Under the pieces are notes generated by a model. That model did no database searches and had not been told where the DNA came from. It saw only the letters and a list, made by a program, of their open reading frames with translations. From a virus: DNA of 64,000 nucleotides. A program made the translations under genes and the position numbers. Shown piece after piece: positions 19,342 to 28,803 of the stretch (positions are counted from its first letter, which is position 1; every line of letters begins with the position of its first letter). The DNA is taken from positions 2,541-66,540 of IMG/VR virus record IMGVR_UViG_3300033182_000652. One strand, 5' to 3'.

Positions 19342-19366
19342 ACTATCTATTATAGCTCAACCGGAC

Positions 19367-20239
19367 CTACGAAGACGGCGTGACCTCTAACGAACTCGCA
19401 GAATACGCACCAGTACCGCCACCATTCAAAGCAGCCACCCGGAACATGTAGCCAAAACCATTCGTCAAACCCGTCACCCGATAAAACCCCTCGACCGAAC
19501 CCGTATCGGCAACAACCGTAGACCACGTGTCACCATCATCAATGCTTTGCTGAATCGTATAACCAGAGATCTCGTACACGCCACCATTCCACGTAGACTC
19601 AACCCAAGCCAACGTAGCTTCAGTATCGCCAGCAACTGCAACAACGTTTGTGGGAGCATTCGGGGTAGCCGCCATTTTTTCCACAGTAGCCTCAGAAGAC
19701 TGCATAATGCCTAATGGAGTGCGGGTCAGAACTTCTTCAAGGGTTAAAGAGTAACCTATGTATGACCCCGCCAGTAACCGCTCACCTTTAATCAAAGTCA
19801 AATCAGAGAACTGCTCGACAATAGTCCCCTCATCAATCTTGGGTGAACACGGCACGTCAGAATCGTAAGCAGAAAGCGAAGGATGATCCATCAACGCTTC
19901 ACGAACAACGGTTGTCAAGTTATCTCGTTGATCAGTGACAGTCTGTGCACCAGCATCCCGAACCCAAACATAGGTACGCATATCATACACAACCTGCAAA
20001 TCAGGATCAAATGCGGAAGTATAAGCAGTCCGGTTAATAGAATCGGTGCTCATCACAATAGTAATAATGGTTGGCCATCTATCAAGCTGAAACGGCTCAT
20101 GGCTAACATACAAACGAGGATCAGGCAACTGGCTGGCGCTCAGGTTCCAATGGTTCCTGTAAGCAACCAACCTAGAAGGCAGATCTGCTGCTAAATAATT
20201 GGTAACAAACTGTTTAGCCAAACGGCTTCCACTCATCAT
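19367..20239 (-). CDS. Neck/tail-completion protein with C-terminal fibronectin type III domain
   Basis: Position after neck genes; PNAPTNV...LAW...GYTIQ...VTGLTNG..YMFRVAALN FN3 motif. Confidence 0.65.
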   Translation of the reverse strand: MMSGSRLAKQFVTNYLAADLPSRLVAYRNHWNLSASQLPDPRLYVSHEPFQLDRWPTIITIVMSTDSINRTAYTSAFDPDLQVVYDMRTYVWVRDAGAQTVTDQRDNLTTVVREALMDHPSLSAYDSDVPCSPKIDEGTIVEQFSDLTLIKGERLLAGSYIGYSLTLEEVLTRTPLGIMQSSEATVEKMAATPNAPTNVVAVAGDTEATLAWVESTWNGGVYEISGYTIQQSIDDGDTWSTVVADTGSVEGFYRVTGLTNGFGYMFRVAALNGGGTGAYSASSLEVTPSS

Positions 20240-20250
20240 AATTCAAACAC

Positions 20251-20877
20251 CTACTGTCCTAACAAATCGCTGCCGCTGTACGTCTTGCTCCAATACGGAA
20301 TATTAGGACCAGACAGACCCGTCTTCTTCAACCAAGTATAGTACTTGCCTACCGAACCACCGTAAATAACTCTCTCAGCAATAGCAGAACCCAGCTTTGA
20401 AGAGAAGTGACGGCCCTTCGGCTCGCCAAAATTAAACAAGAACGGTCGAGCAGGCATCTTACTTGTACCGTATTGAATGAAACTTGCATACGGAACAACT
20501 CTACCATCAATCCCATCTCTCGTTAAATCCGTACCAAACTTCATACTATGCGACTTATACTCTCTAACCGCTCCTCGTGCATTGTCAACAGTAAGGCTCT
20601 TTCTTAAATCGCCAGTTCTAACAAGCACACCTTTATTGCCATATCCCTCTTCTATTTTCCATGCAACAGTTTCAGGCGCTAGTACGGTCCATGTCCCACG
20701 ACCGTTATTGCGAAAATCTTCCCGAATCTGACGTTTGACCCTTGTAGCTGCCCACTCAAACTGCGACTTGAAACCTTTTGCAGAACGGCGACGCATAGCA
20801 TTAAAATGCTTAGTCATTTCCCGCTTGTCAACTTTGACACTATACGTCAGAATCGGCCTTTTTCTTCTACGTGCCAT
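20251..20877 (-). CDS. Virion morphogenesis protein (Mu gpG / HK97 gp10-like)
   Basis: W..LAPET, LVRTGDLRKSL, YASFIQYGTSKMPARPFL. Confidence 0.8.
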   Translation of the reverse strand: MARRRKRPILTYSVKVDKREMTKHFNAMRRRSAKGFKSQFEWAATRVKRQIREDFRNNGRGTWTVLAPETVAWKIEEGYGNKGVLVRTGDLRKSLTVDNARGAVREYKSHSMKFGTDLTRDGIDGRVVPYASFIQYGTSKMPARPFLFNFGEPKGRHFSSKLGSAIAERVIYGGSVGKYYTWLKKTGLSGPNIPYWSKTYSGSDLLGQ

Positions 20878-20878
20878 A

Positions 20879-21523
20879 TCAAGCAACCCTTACACGGCGA
20901 TACTTCCGAAGAGTAAACAACTCCCTATCAGAAAAACCAGTCTCCAACGGTGCGACATTCCTCGTTGTCAAATCCTTCAAACCAACCACATCATCATGCA
21001 TGTTTTGCATCTCACGAGTCGCCGCCCGCAACATCAAAATTTTAAACGCTTTAATGTTCGGACCATCCAACCCAGCCGTATACGTAACCTCAATGCGATC
21101 ATTCGCAAAAGCATTAAACAAATCAATACCATAATCACGAGTCACATAATCACGCTCCGCAACCTGAGCCGTCGCCGTAGCAGACGCAGAAGCAGGCGTA
21201 ATCGAAACAGAAGACACCGAAACAACCGGACTATTATCCAAATACAACGTATACATAGGCGTATAAATAATCCCAGGAGAAGTCAACATAGAAGCAGGAT
21301 CCGTAGTGTAATTGTAATAGTACTGCTGATTTACAACACCCCGACCAACATCAGGAACACGATACGTTTCTGTAAACTCAGTCTGCTCGACAGGGCGACG
21401 CAAATACGCCTCTAACTCAGACTGTAAACCTTCAATTATAAACTCGGCAGCGTTTTCCTGAGTGTTCGTGAGCGTAATGTCCATGTAGGTGGTAATATCA
21501 GAGACTGTAATAAGAGCCATCAT
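20879..21523 (-). CDS. Head-tail adaptor/connector
   Basis: ALITVSDI, LEAYLRR, IEVTYTAG, C-terminal L.KYRR typical of gp6/gp15-like adaptors. Confidence 0.8.
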   Translation of the reverse strand: MMALITVSDITTYMDITLTNTQENAAEFIIEGLQSELEAYLRRPVEQTEFTETYRVPDVGRGVVNQQYYYNYTTDPASMLTSPGIIYTPMYTLYLDNSPVVSVSSVSITPASASATATAQVAERDYVTRDYGIDLFNAFANDRIEVTYTAGLDGPNIKAFKILMLRAATREMQNMHDDVVGLKDLTTRNVAPLETGFSDRELFTLRKYRRVRVA

Positions 21524-21535
21524 CGCCTACTTTCC

Positions 21536-21898
21536 CTAAAGCGGTCTGCCGGTATTTTTACGAGCAGCTCTCTTAGCTGCGGCGGTTTTCTTTTGGTCCG
21601 CTTTTAGCTGTGCAAGAAAACGCTCTACCTGTTCGGGGGTCCTATTAAATTTAAGCTGCCCTACCGTAGCGCCCGTTAAGTTAGCGCCCTTTTTGTTGTA
21701 TTTTTGTCGCCACTCTTTGCGAAGATTCTTCATATCGTTAGCGTTATCAAAAATACTCTGCTGGGTTTTTGTCAGGCTCCCATTCTTCTTTCGTAAAGCA
21801 CGCAAAGACGTAAGAATTCGATTAAGTTCCCGGTCGCTTTTACCATCCAGCTTATCGTCAGGTTTAACTTTCCCGACACCCTCAATAACCACAGCCAT
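21536..21898 (-). CDS. Basic hypothetical protein
   Basis: 120-aa Lys/Arg-rich ORF in the main orientation. Confidence 0.6.
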   Translation of the reverse strand: MAVVIEGVGKVKPDDKLDGKSDRELNRILTSLRALRKKNGSLTKTQQSIFDNANDMKNLRKEWRQKYNKKGANLTGATVGQLKFNRTPEQVERFLAQLKADQKKTAAAKRAARKNTGRPL

Positions 21899-21960
21899 AA
21901 CAGCCCCAATCCAAAAACAATACTGATACTATGATACCGTATCCAGCAACAGCATTAATC

Positions 21961-22431
21961 CTAATCTGCCATTTGCTTCAAAAAGCTACCATCCAAAAGC
22001 ATCAAACCAATCGTGGAATAGCCAACAATGTCCAGATAAGTGTCCTCCACCGCCTCATTCTCAGGCAGACGGCCAGAATCCAACAGATTCTCTAAACGTG
22101 CAACCTTGTCGTGGAGACGAACAATCAGACCACGATGCCCAAACCTGAGAATGTTCTCGGAACCATAATCTCGCTGCTTATTGCATAGCGTCCGCCACAC
22201 AAAATCCTTTTCTAGCGAAATATCAGCATGCTTGGTCATCACCGCTAGCTGAAACCAAACCTCAGGATCAACCAACTCCTTATTGCCGACAAAATAGGTT
22301 TCAATAAGCGAATCAATATACTCCCGAATGTCTTCCACCGTAGTAACCTGGGCCGACTCGGCCTTCCACACGCTGTCAATATGTGTCAACGCATGATCTT
22401 CCCACGTCAACAAATCGTCAATTACTGTCAT
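21961..22431 (-). CDS. DUF1599-like nucleotide-modification-associated (MazG-fold) protein
   Basis: KQRDYG.EN...IVRLHDKVARL...DTYLDIVGY motif. Confidence 0.65.
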   Translation of the reverse strand: MTVIDDLLTWEDHALTHIDSVWKAESAQVTTVEDIREYIDSLIETYFVGNKELVDPEVWFQLAVMTKHADISLEKDFVWRTLCNKQRDYGSENILRFGHRGLIVRLHDKVARLENLLDSGRLPENEAVEDTYLDIVGYSTIGLMLLDGSFLKQMAD

Positions 22432-22748
22432 GACTTCGCACCCTTCGACATGCTCAGCTTCACGGAAAATAAAATCCAGAGAATAGATGAAACTAGAAAA
22501 GCGTCAGTGTAACCAATACCGGGTCGGAACGCCATCAGGTTAGGCCATGCAGAATTAGCAATGCTGTTTAAAAACATCAGGCCCAAAGCGCCCGTGCCTG
22601 CAAGAAAAGCAAAACCGAAAATACTCTGCAAAACCGTGATAAGCACTGCCTGCTTGACTACCTGCTGAACGTTCTCTTCTAACTCTGTCGAAAGCTTGCC
22701 GGTGAACCGGCTCCAATCTTCAACACCTTGCCTATTTGCCATTTTCAT
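22428..22748 (-). CDS. Membrane protein
   Basis: Two hydrophobic segments; overlaps both neighbours. Confidence 0.65.
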   Translation of the reverse strand: MKMANRQGVEDWSRFTGKLSTELEENVQQVVKQAVLITVLQSIFGFAFLAGTGALGLMFLNSIANSAWPNLMAFRPGIGYTDAFLVSSILWILFSVKLSMSKGAKS

Positions 22749-23121
22749 ATTCCTTTACTATCTGATGAACCCGCTGACGGGACAACCTATACCGAGCACC
22801 GATCTTAGCTAACGTCTCACCGTTAGCGTACTCACTATAAATCTGACTATTTCTTTCTGCAATAAAATCCTTCGACTTCGGTCCCGGTCTAACAGGACCC
22901 CACGTCCAAGAAGAAAGACTTTCCAATAACTGAATCCGGTTAACAGCCAATGCGTTCTGCCTGTATCTCGTCCGCATGTAACTAACCCAATTACCCAAAC
23001 TGATACATTCACCAGAGTCTAAAAACTCTACGTGATCTGTCGGCACGATAGCGTCACCATAGCGTTTCTCATATGCGCATAGGGCCTCGTAATGCTTATA
23101 CCATCGTTGTTCATGCCTCAT
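22732..23121 (-). CDS. Helicase-associated (HA) domain plus HTH DNA-binding protein
   Basis: W...YEAL..Y...G...VP...LGNWV..MR; C-terminal TLAKIGARYRLSRQRVHQI. Confidence 0.75.
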   Translation of the reverse strand: MRHEQRWYKHYEALCAYEKRYGDAIVPTDHVEFLDSGECISLGNWVSYMRTRYRQNALAVNRIQLLESLSSWTWGPVRPGPKSKDFIAERNSQIYSEYANGETLAKIGARYRLSRQRVHQIVKEYENGK

Positions 23122-23127
23122 AGTGGT

Positions 23128-23156
23128 ATCTTAGTAAAGCCCCACCACCATGTCAA
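23128..23156 (-). promoter_or_regulatory. Leaderless sigma-A promoter
   Basis: TTGACA-N17-TAAGAT-N6-ATG(23121). Confidence 0.75.
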
Positions 23157-23170
23157 GCAAACCCCATAAA

Positions 23171-23545
23171 CTAACGTGGCTTATACAGCCTAGCGTTAGC
23201 TACCTCACCGGCTAAAGACTTAATAGTCTTGTACGCCTCTTCACTGCCAACCCGCTCAGACCAATCCACGATGTCTTCCCCAACAAACATCTCAATAGCT
23301 TCCCAACACCTGATAAAGTTAGCTCTCCTGTTAGCTGGTATCTTATCTAACAGTTCGTCAAAATTATTAGACAGGTTGCGCTCTGGCATCAAACCAACAA
23401 AGACAGCAATTGCTGCAGGTAAAGAAAGCCGCTTCTCATCATCAATCGGAACAGTCTCCGCTAAACCATGCTTACAACAAGCCGCAACAAGAAGCAACTC
23501 GTGCTGCACACCATTAAGCCTTAAATCCCTCAAAGAAAAAGCCAT
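23171..23545 (-). CDS. Hypothetical protein
   Basis: Start placed at MAFSL (TATGAT-N6-ATG), downstream of a terminator. Confidence 0.65.
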   Translation of the reverse strand: MAFSLRDLRLNGVQHELLLVAACCKHGLAETVPIDDEKRLSLPAAIAVFVGLMPERNLSNNFDELLDKIPANRRANFIRCWEAIEMFVGEDIVDWSERVGSEEAYKTIKSLAGEVANARLYKPR

Positions 23546-23560
23546 ATTCATATCATAACG

Positions 23561-23597
23561 TAAAAAGCGGGGTTCAGTCAAACTGACCAAACCCCGC
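23561..23597 (-). terminator. Intrinsic terminator
   Basis: GCGGGGTTTGGTCAG-loop-CTGAACCCCGC-TTTTT. Confidence 0.7.
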
Positions 23598-23745
23598 CCT
23601 AGACGTGCGATTGCTTTTACGGCTACCGGCACGTTAGCCGATAAACACAATCTCCTCCTTCGGGGTTAGTCAAATTTGCCGGTACACAAATACTTTAACT
23701 TCCCAAATTGCGACAGATTGCAACTTTGCGTATTATAATATCCCG

Positions 23746-24351
23746 TTATCGACCACACCATGTTAGCAGCTTGTCGATATCCATCTCGGGCGTTTTCTCA
23801 ATACCACCGACAACAATGTTGCAAATGTGACAAAGCAGCCCACGCACCTCGCCAGTGTCGTGGTTGTGATCTACATGCAGCCACGGACTTGTGGCCCACT
23901 TAGACTCCGTGGAGCCACACAAGGCGCAACCGCCACCTTGCTTATCAAGCATCTCCATGTACTCATCTTCAGAAATACCATACTTTGATTTTAGGTTTCT
24001 GACACGAGAAGCGCCGGGGTTCTTCTCACGCCAAGCATCATGTGCCTTTGCGCTACACTGTTTGCAGCGAGCACGAAGAGCCTGCCCGTTACCACGCTCG
24101 GGCCGCGCATCAAACGAAGAGGCAGGCAGAGTTTGATCGCACCCTTTACAGAACTTCTCTGTAGGAGGCACGTACTCTGCCCGCCCCTTACGAGGTCGCC
24201 CCGGCTTCTCATTCCACTTTTTCTTGCAACAAGCAATGCAATAAGAATTCTTACCGTCTTTGTTGCGTTTGTTATTCCAGTACTCATCCAAGGGCAACAG
24301 TTCGTTACACTTACGACAAGTCTTCATTTCTTTTCCAGATACATACATCAT
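23746..24351 (-). CDS. Endonuclease VII-family HNH nuclease with N-terminal Zn fingers
   Basis: YGIS..EY..ML..Q.G.CALC...LHVDHNH.TGEVRGLLC..CN; leaderless TATAAT-N6-ATG. Confidence 0.85.
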   Translation of the reverse strand: MMYVSGKEMKTCRKCNELLPLDEYWNNKRNKDGKNSYCIACCKKKWNEKPGRPRKGRAEYVPPTEKFCKGCDQTLPASSFDARPERGNGQALRARCKQCSAKAHDAWREKNPGASRVRNLKSKYGISEDEYMEMLDKQGGGCALCGSTESKWATSPWLHVDHNHDTGEVRGLLCHICNIVVGGIEKTPEMDIDKLLTWCGR

Positions 24352-24402
24352 GATATTATTATAGCATGTAAATGTACGAGTGGCGCTTACTGCGACACTA
24401 GG

Positions 24403-26352
24403 TCATCTCACGGGACAACTTCCGGTAGAGCATTCTGCATCGAACTCGTCATCCGACATGATCGTGGAACCCGACAGCTTCTCGCCAAGAGGTGACGTAG
24501 TGCTGAGTACATGCTCGTACTCTTCCTTCGTCAACTCGCCCATCGGAGCCTGATCGAAACCATGCTCGCTGTGCAGCAAGAACGAAACAGACTTCATCTC
24601 GCTCCAATGCTCCGCAAGGTACTCACGGATACCATCAAGCTCTTCGCTCTTGTAGTAGACAGTCACCGAAATGGCGTTGTCTGCCCACACCCTCTGGAGA
24701 CGACGGACGAGATCCATCTGCTCAATCGCAGTCATGTCCTTAGCTTCGATCGTCCCGTCAGGGAACGCACACGGGAACTCTACAACAACAGTCCGGTCAT
24801 CTTCTGAACCATCAAAGTTGCGGAGAGGCTCAACGTAGAAGCCCTTCGACTTGCAGTAGTTGACAAGAACATCGGTAGATGCCATACGCATACGCTTGAC
24901 AAAGTACTGGCTAAACCCAGGGTGAACGCCAGGAGTCACACCCGGAAGAAGGCTCAACGTGCCAGAAGGCTTGATCGTGGTGAGACGAACAGACTCAGGC
25001 CAGCCACGCTCTTCCGACCACTCGGCATCAAACTCACGCAGAGCGACATAGGTATCGTCCAGCCAATCAATCTTTTCCATGGCCTGCGTCACGCCAGTGA
25101 TACCTAGACCGAGACGCATGTTTGTTGACGTGATCTTGTCTGAAGCAGGGTCAAGGTAAGACAGCGCCGCTGTCGCCTTCTGAACCTTGTAAAGCAGCTG
25201 TGCTACGTCCTGAAGCTCTTCCTGGCAGCAAATCATCGGCAAGAAAATCTCAGACAAGTTGCAAGACTCACGGTTCGCCAACGGGATTTCAGCGCAAGGG
25301 TTAACGCCCACAATCGACGGATCGGGACGCTCTTCACCCATACGTCCAAACTGGCGTGAAGCTTCGAGGTTGAAGAACCCGTACGGTTCACCGTTACCCT
25401 TGTAACCTTCCCAGATAAGCTCCGGCATGTCCTTCATTTGTTCCGGAGAAACGAAAACAGTGTTGTTTGACATGGCTCGCTCAATCGGGATCTCACCAAG
25501 GTCCCAACGCTTCGCCATCAGGTAATCTTCATCGTCTAGACGGCCAACAGCAATTTCAGCGCTGCGGCGAACGTTACCGGCAACAACGATAGAGCCAATG
25601 ATGTTCATGCAGTCAAGAACCTCAACTGAAGTCAGCGTGCGACCGACAGCGCCGTCAAGGACAGCACAAATCTTCTCAATACCCGAAACGAGAATCTCGG
25701 GACCTGAAGCAGTACCGCCGAACGTCTTAATCGGCACACCGGCCTTGCGGATCAAGTGAGTAGCGTACGTCATCTTGCGGGGATTGTCGTCGTCGCCCAA
25801 GTAGCACTCAAAGACCTTCCGTACCGCTTCGCCCCAACCCTCACGGGTATCAGGCACAATGAAATCAGAATCGTCAGCGTCATGATGCTCAACCCACGCT
25901 GAACGCACAACACCCAGACGCTCAGGCTGGTCACAAGAGAAACCAACACCGCCGCCGAGCATCAACCGCTCAACAGCCCAAGAAAAATCCGTGGGCTTCT
26001 GAACATCGACAAACCAGCAGTTCACCAGACTGTCGCCACCCAGACGCTTGTTGTTCGGGGTACCCAGCTGCCAAAGCATTCGACCCGCCACAGACGCCTT
26101 CAAGTTAAACAGGTAGTCATACAGACGGACAGCCTCATCTTCCGACAACTGCGCCCCAATATCCTGGGCACCGTTAACGACACGCTGAATCGTTTCGTGC
26201 CATTCCTCAGTACGAACAATTGTGTCGCCCTCAAAAATAGGACGGGCATAGGTTCGCTTGTAAACAATATAGCCTAATCCGTTGAATCCCCACGGCGGCA
26301 TCTTGTCGGCGTATGAGGCGGCATGGTCATCGGAAATAAAAAAGGGGTCCAC
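24403..26352 (-). CDS. nrdJ: Class II (B12-dependent) ribonucleotide reductase
   Basis: LVNCW, GNVRRSAEI, NPCAE, CNLSE, TTIKPSGTLS, C-terminal CSTGSCPVR; no small-subunit gene adjacent. Confidence 0.9.
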   Translation of the reverse strand: MDPFFISDDHAASYADKMPPWGFNGLGYIVYKRTYARPIFEGDTIVRTEEWHETIQRVVNGAQDIGAQLSEDEAVRLYDYLFNLKASVAGRMLWQLGTPNNKRLGGDSLVNCWFVDVQKPTDFSWAVERLMLGGGVGFSCDQPERLGVVRSAWVEHHDADDSDFIVPDTREGWGEAVRKVFECYLGDDDNPRKMTYATHLIRKAGVPIKTFGGTASGPEILVSGIEKICAVLDGAVGRTLTSVEVLDCMNIIGSIVVAGNVRRSAEIAVGRLDDEDYLMAKRWDLGEIPIERAMSNNTVFVSPEQMKDMPELIWEGYKGNGEPYGFFNLEASRQFGRMGEERPDPSIVGVNPCAEIPLANRESCNLSEIFLPMICCQEELQDVAQLLYKVQKATAALSYLDPASDKITSTNMRLGLGITGVTQAMEKIDWLDDTYVALREFDAEWSEERGWPESVRLTTIKPSGTLSLLPGVTPGVHPGFSQYFVKRMRMASTDVLVNYCKSKGFYVEPLRNFDGSEDDRTVVVEFPCAFPDGTIEAKDMTAIEQMDLVRRLQRVWADNAISVTVYYKSEELDGIREYLAEHWSEMKSVSFLLHSEHGFDQAPMGELTKEEYEHVLSTTSPLGEKLSGSTIMSDDEFDAECSTGSCPVR

Positions 26353-26480
26353 AGTACGTTCTCCTTGTGGTCTAGTGGGTCTTCTGAAAAGAGGTGGTTT
26401 TAGTATTCTAGGGCGGATGAAGTATCTTCCGGCGTCAAGTTATCACGAGATTGGAAGAAATCAAACCTATTTGCTACAGA

Positions 26481-27215
26481 TTATTCTGTCAGTTCAGCTA
26501 GCCGCCTAGCTAAATCTTCTCTGTTGGAGAACAACAGGAAGATGCCCGCCGCTTGAGTATTTATGGAAAGGACTCCATCTGATTCGTTATCTAAATAGAT
26601 GTTAAACAAACCAACTTCTGCAAGCTTTAACAAAATTCCAATCAGTAACAAATCATCTAGAGGGATATTCTTACTAGCCTTCAAGTACTCGACTAGGAAA
26701 CCTATCTTAGTGGATGTCTGACCCATAGTCAACAAAGATTGTAATATCACGCCAGAAATAGTTTCCCACTCGCCAAACAACGCCAACGAAGGCCGCACAG
26801 CATCGTATCGAAACATGGAAGAAGCTCTGCCAGACAAGCACACAGCCGCATCCAAAGCAGCACCATTCGACTCGTTCAAAGCAAGAAACAACACACCGTT
26901 ATCCTGCAGCTCTACCGCTTCAAGAGACTGCCGATCATACAAACAGTCCAGTAAACAAAACTCGCTAGCGACCCCAATAACAGCCTCAGTTTCATCCAAC
27001 GAATAAATGTCTTCTCTGGAATCTTTATTTGCCACAGCATGCATCAACAGTAGCAGATCAAACTTTTCATTATCTACCATGCCGTTACGGGTCACAAGGT
27101 ATTCGACAACATTCGTCAACCCATACAGCAGGAACGGATCAATCGCCTCCAACAAATCAACATCATGCTGCGTCCACGCAGGGAACGGAATGTCGTCGTC
27201 ATCGAATATAGGCAT
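26481..27215 (-). CDS. Hypothetical protein
   Basis: Start at MPIFDDDD after TATAAT-N6. Confidence 0.65.
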   Translation of the reverse strand: MPIFDDDDIPFPAWTQHDVDLLEAIDPFLLYGLTNVVEYLVTRNGMVDNEKFDLLLLMHAVANKDSREDIYSLDETEAVIGVASEFCLLDCLYDRQSLEAVELQDNGVLFLALNESNGAALDAAVCLSGRASSMFRYDAVRPSLALFGEWETISGVILQSLLTMGQTSTKIGFLVEYLKASKNIPLDDLLLIGILLKLAEVGLFNIYLDNESDGVLSINTQAAGIFLLFSNREDLARRLAELTE

Positions 27216-27228
27216 GGGCTTATTATAG

Positions 27229-27296
27229 CAAAGGCCCCCCGACCGAAGCCGAGGGGCCAATAAGAGAACCCCCGGCCCAAAGGACCGGGGGTTCTC
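27229..27296 (-). terminator. Tandem hairpins terminating the capsid transcript
   Basis: GAGAACCCCCGG/CCGGGGGTTCTC stem (27264-27296) and GGCCCCTCGGC-TTCG-GTCGGGGGCC-TTT. Confidence 0.75.
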
Positions 27297-27321
27297 AACT
27301 TATCCAACTACCCCGAAGGGA

Positions 27322-28617
27322 CTAGGATAAGCTCGGAGCGGCGTCGAAGGTGACCTTGACGAACGACTCCGGACGCTTGACAGCGAGAGCCAGACGCTCT
27401 TCAGCAAGCACCACGATGGCGTTGCGGACGAAGAAGTCTGAGTGCTGCTCCGAAATACGGATCGTAGCAGCCTCACGGTCGTAAAGCTGAGCGCCAGTAC
27501 CGAAAGCACCAACAAGAGCGGTACCTGAAGCAATAGCAGGAGTGTCGATGACGGGGATACGCCAGACACGTGACTCAGCGCCACCGGCAACTGACATAGC
27601 AAGCAGGTAGGTGCCCTGCGAGTTCTTGGTCAGCTCGATGTCTTCCCAATCTGACGGGTGGACGATGATGCCGGTCGGCTCGTAGTAGGCAAGGTATGCC
27701 AGAGTAGCCGCACGACGGAGAGCATCGGCCTTGGTGTCAGCGACAGGTGAGGTTTCACCCGATGACCATGAGTAGGTCTGAATGCCTGAGGTGTTGAGGA
27801 CACCAGTAAGGTCCTCACCAGTACCAGCACCGTTCAGGATCTGCTCGTCCTCGTGAAGACGAAGACCGTAAAGAAGCTCGTTGTCGATGATTGAACGCAG
27901 CTGCGGCTCATCGGCAAGAACGTTACGGTGGGCAGCTTCCCAGTGAGCGATGGTACGGACCGGAGCCTGCTCACCAACGAAGGTCATCGTTGACTGAGGC
28001 TTCGCACCAAAGTTACCGCTGGAGTACTCCGGAACAACTGAAGCGTTGTTCGTGAAGCCACTCTGACGGAAATACTCAACAACGGCGGCATTGGTGGTAC
28101 GTGACGGGAAAAGGTCACGAACACGGCTACGACGCTGAGCAATCGGGACAATTCCGTCACGCTCAACAGCACCAAAAGCATCAGGATCGCCCGTGGGCAG
28201 CCCTGAGTAAATGTCCTTCTGGGAAAGTGACTTAGCCTGGAAAGGCGCAACCATGTTTACGCCAGCCTTGCCGCCCTGAAGTGACTTAAACTCGTCAGAA
28301 GCAAGGAAAGCCTCACCAACTGACTTGTGATGAGCAGCAACCTCGCGCTCAACACCAGCAGCTACCTCAGCAGCAACTGACTTGTACTCGGCCTCTGAGG
28401 ACCAAGCCGAAACGTCACGAAGTGAAGTCATGCCCTCAATGAGGCTCTTCATCTCGTTAATCTCAGCCATGTTTGACTGGAAAGCAGCCTTCTTTTCCGC
28501 ATCAGCGATAACAGTGGTGCCTTCCACCTGCATCGAATCAACGATCTCCTGCTGCTCAGCCATCTTAGCTGACAGAGCAGTCTTGACCTCGTTGAGCCGA
28601 CTCTCATCAAAACTCAT
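27322..28617 (-). CDS. HK97-fold major capsid protein
   Basis: Coiled-coil delta domain, RVRDLFP, EDEQILNGAG, HPSDWEDI, FVRNAIVVLAEERLALAVKRPESFV; strong AAGGAG RBS. Confidence 0.95.
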   Translation of the reverse strand: MSFDESRLNEVKTALSAKMAEQQEIVDSMQVEGTTVIADAEKKAAFQSNMAEINEMKSLIEGMTSLRDVSAWSSEAEYKSVAAEVAAGVEREVAAHHKSVGEAFLASDEFKSLQGGKAGVNMVAPFQAKSLSQKDIYSGLPTGDPDAFGAVERDGIVPIAQRRSRVRDLFPSRTTNAAVVEYFRQSGFTNNASVVPEYSSGNFGAKPQSTMTFVGEQAPVRTIAHWEAAHRNVLADEPQLRSIIDNELLYGLRLHEDEQILNGAGTGEDLTGVLNTSGIQTYSWSSGETSPVADTKADALRRAATLAYLAYYEPTGIIVHPSDWEDIELTKNSQGTYLLAMSVAGGAESRVWRIPVIDTPAIASGTALVGAFGTGAQLYDREAATIRISEQHSDFFVRNAIVVLAEERLALAVKRPESFVKVTFDAAPSLS

Positions 28618-28803
28618 GTTTATCTCCTTAAGGTATTTAACATGTTTTACTGTCTAATGACAGGCGACCCAACACAATGTGGTAACACCGGTCAAATATT
28701 ATGCTATCATCAACGTAAAGTAAATCACGGGAACTTTTCTAAGTTTCTGCAGCTACTGTTACAAGTAATAGTCTAATGTATAGCAAAAATGAAATCCACT
28801 AGC

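Noticed and set aside
23617-23640. rRNA gene fragment
   Set aside because: Only about 24 nt of gapped similarity to 16S with no flanking rRNA sequence; kept only as a note in the sRNA finding.
23546-23650. N-terminal extension of the 23171 ORF from TTG 23650
   Set aside because: It crosses a terminator, and a leaderless start at 23545 fits better.
24403-26352. Intein or intron in nrdJ (also checked in terL and recA)
   Set aside because: Lengths are normal, motifs are contiguous and no splicing motifs were seen.
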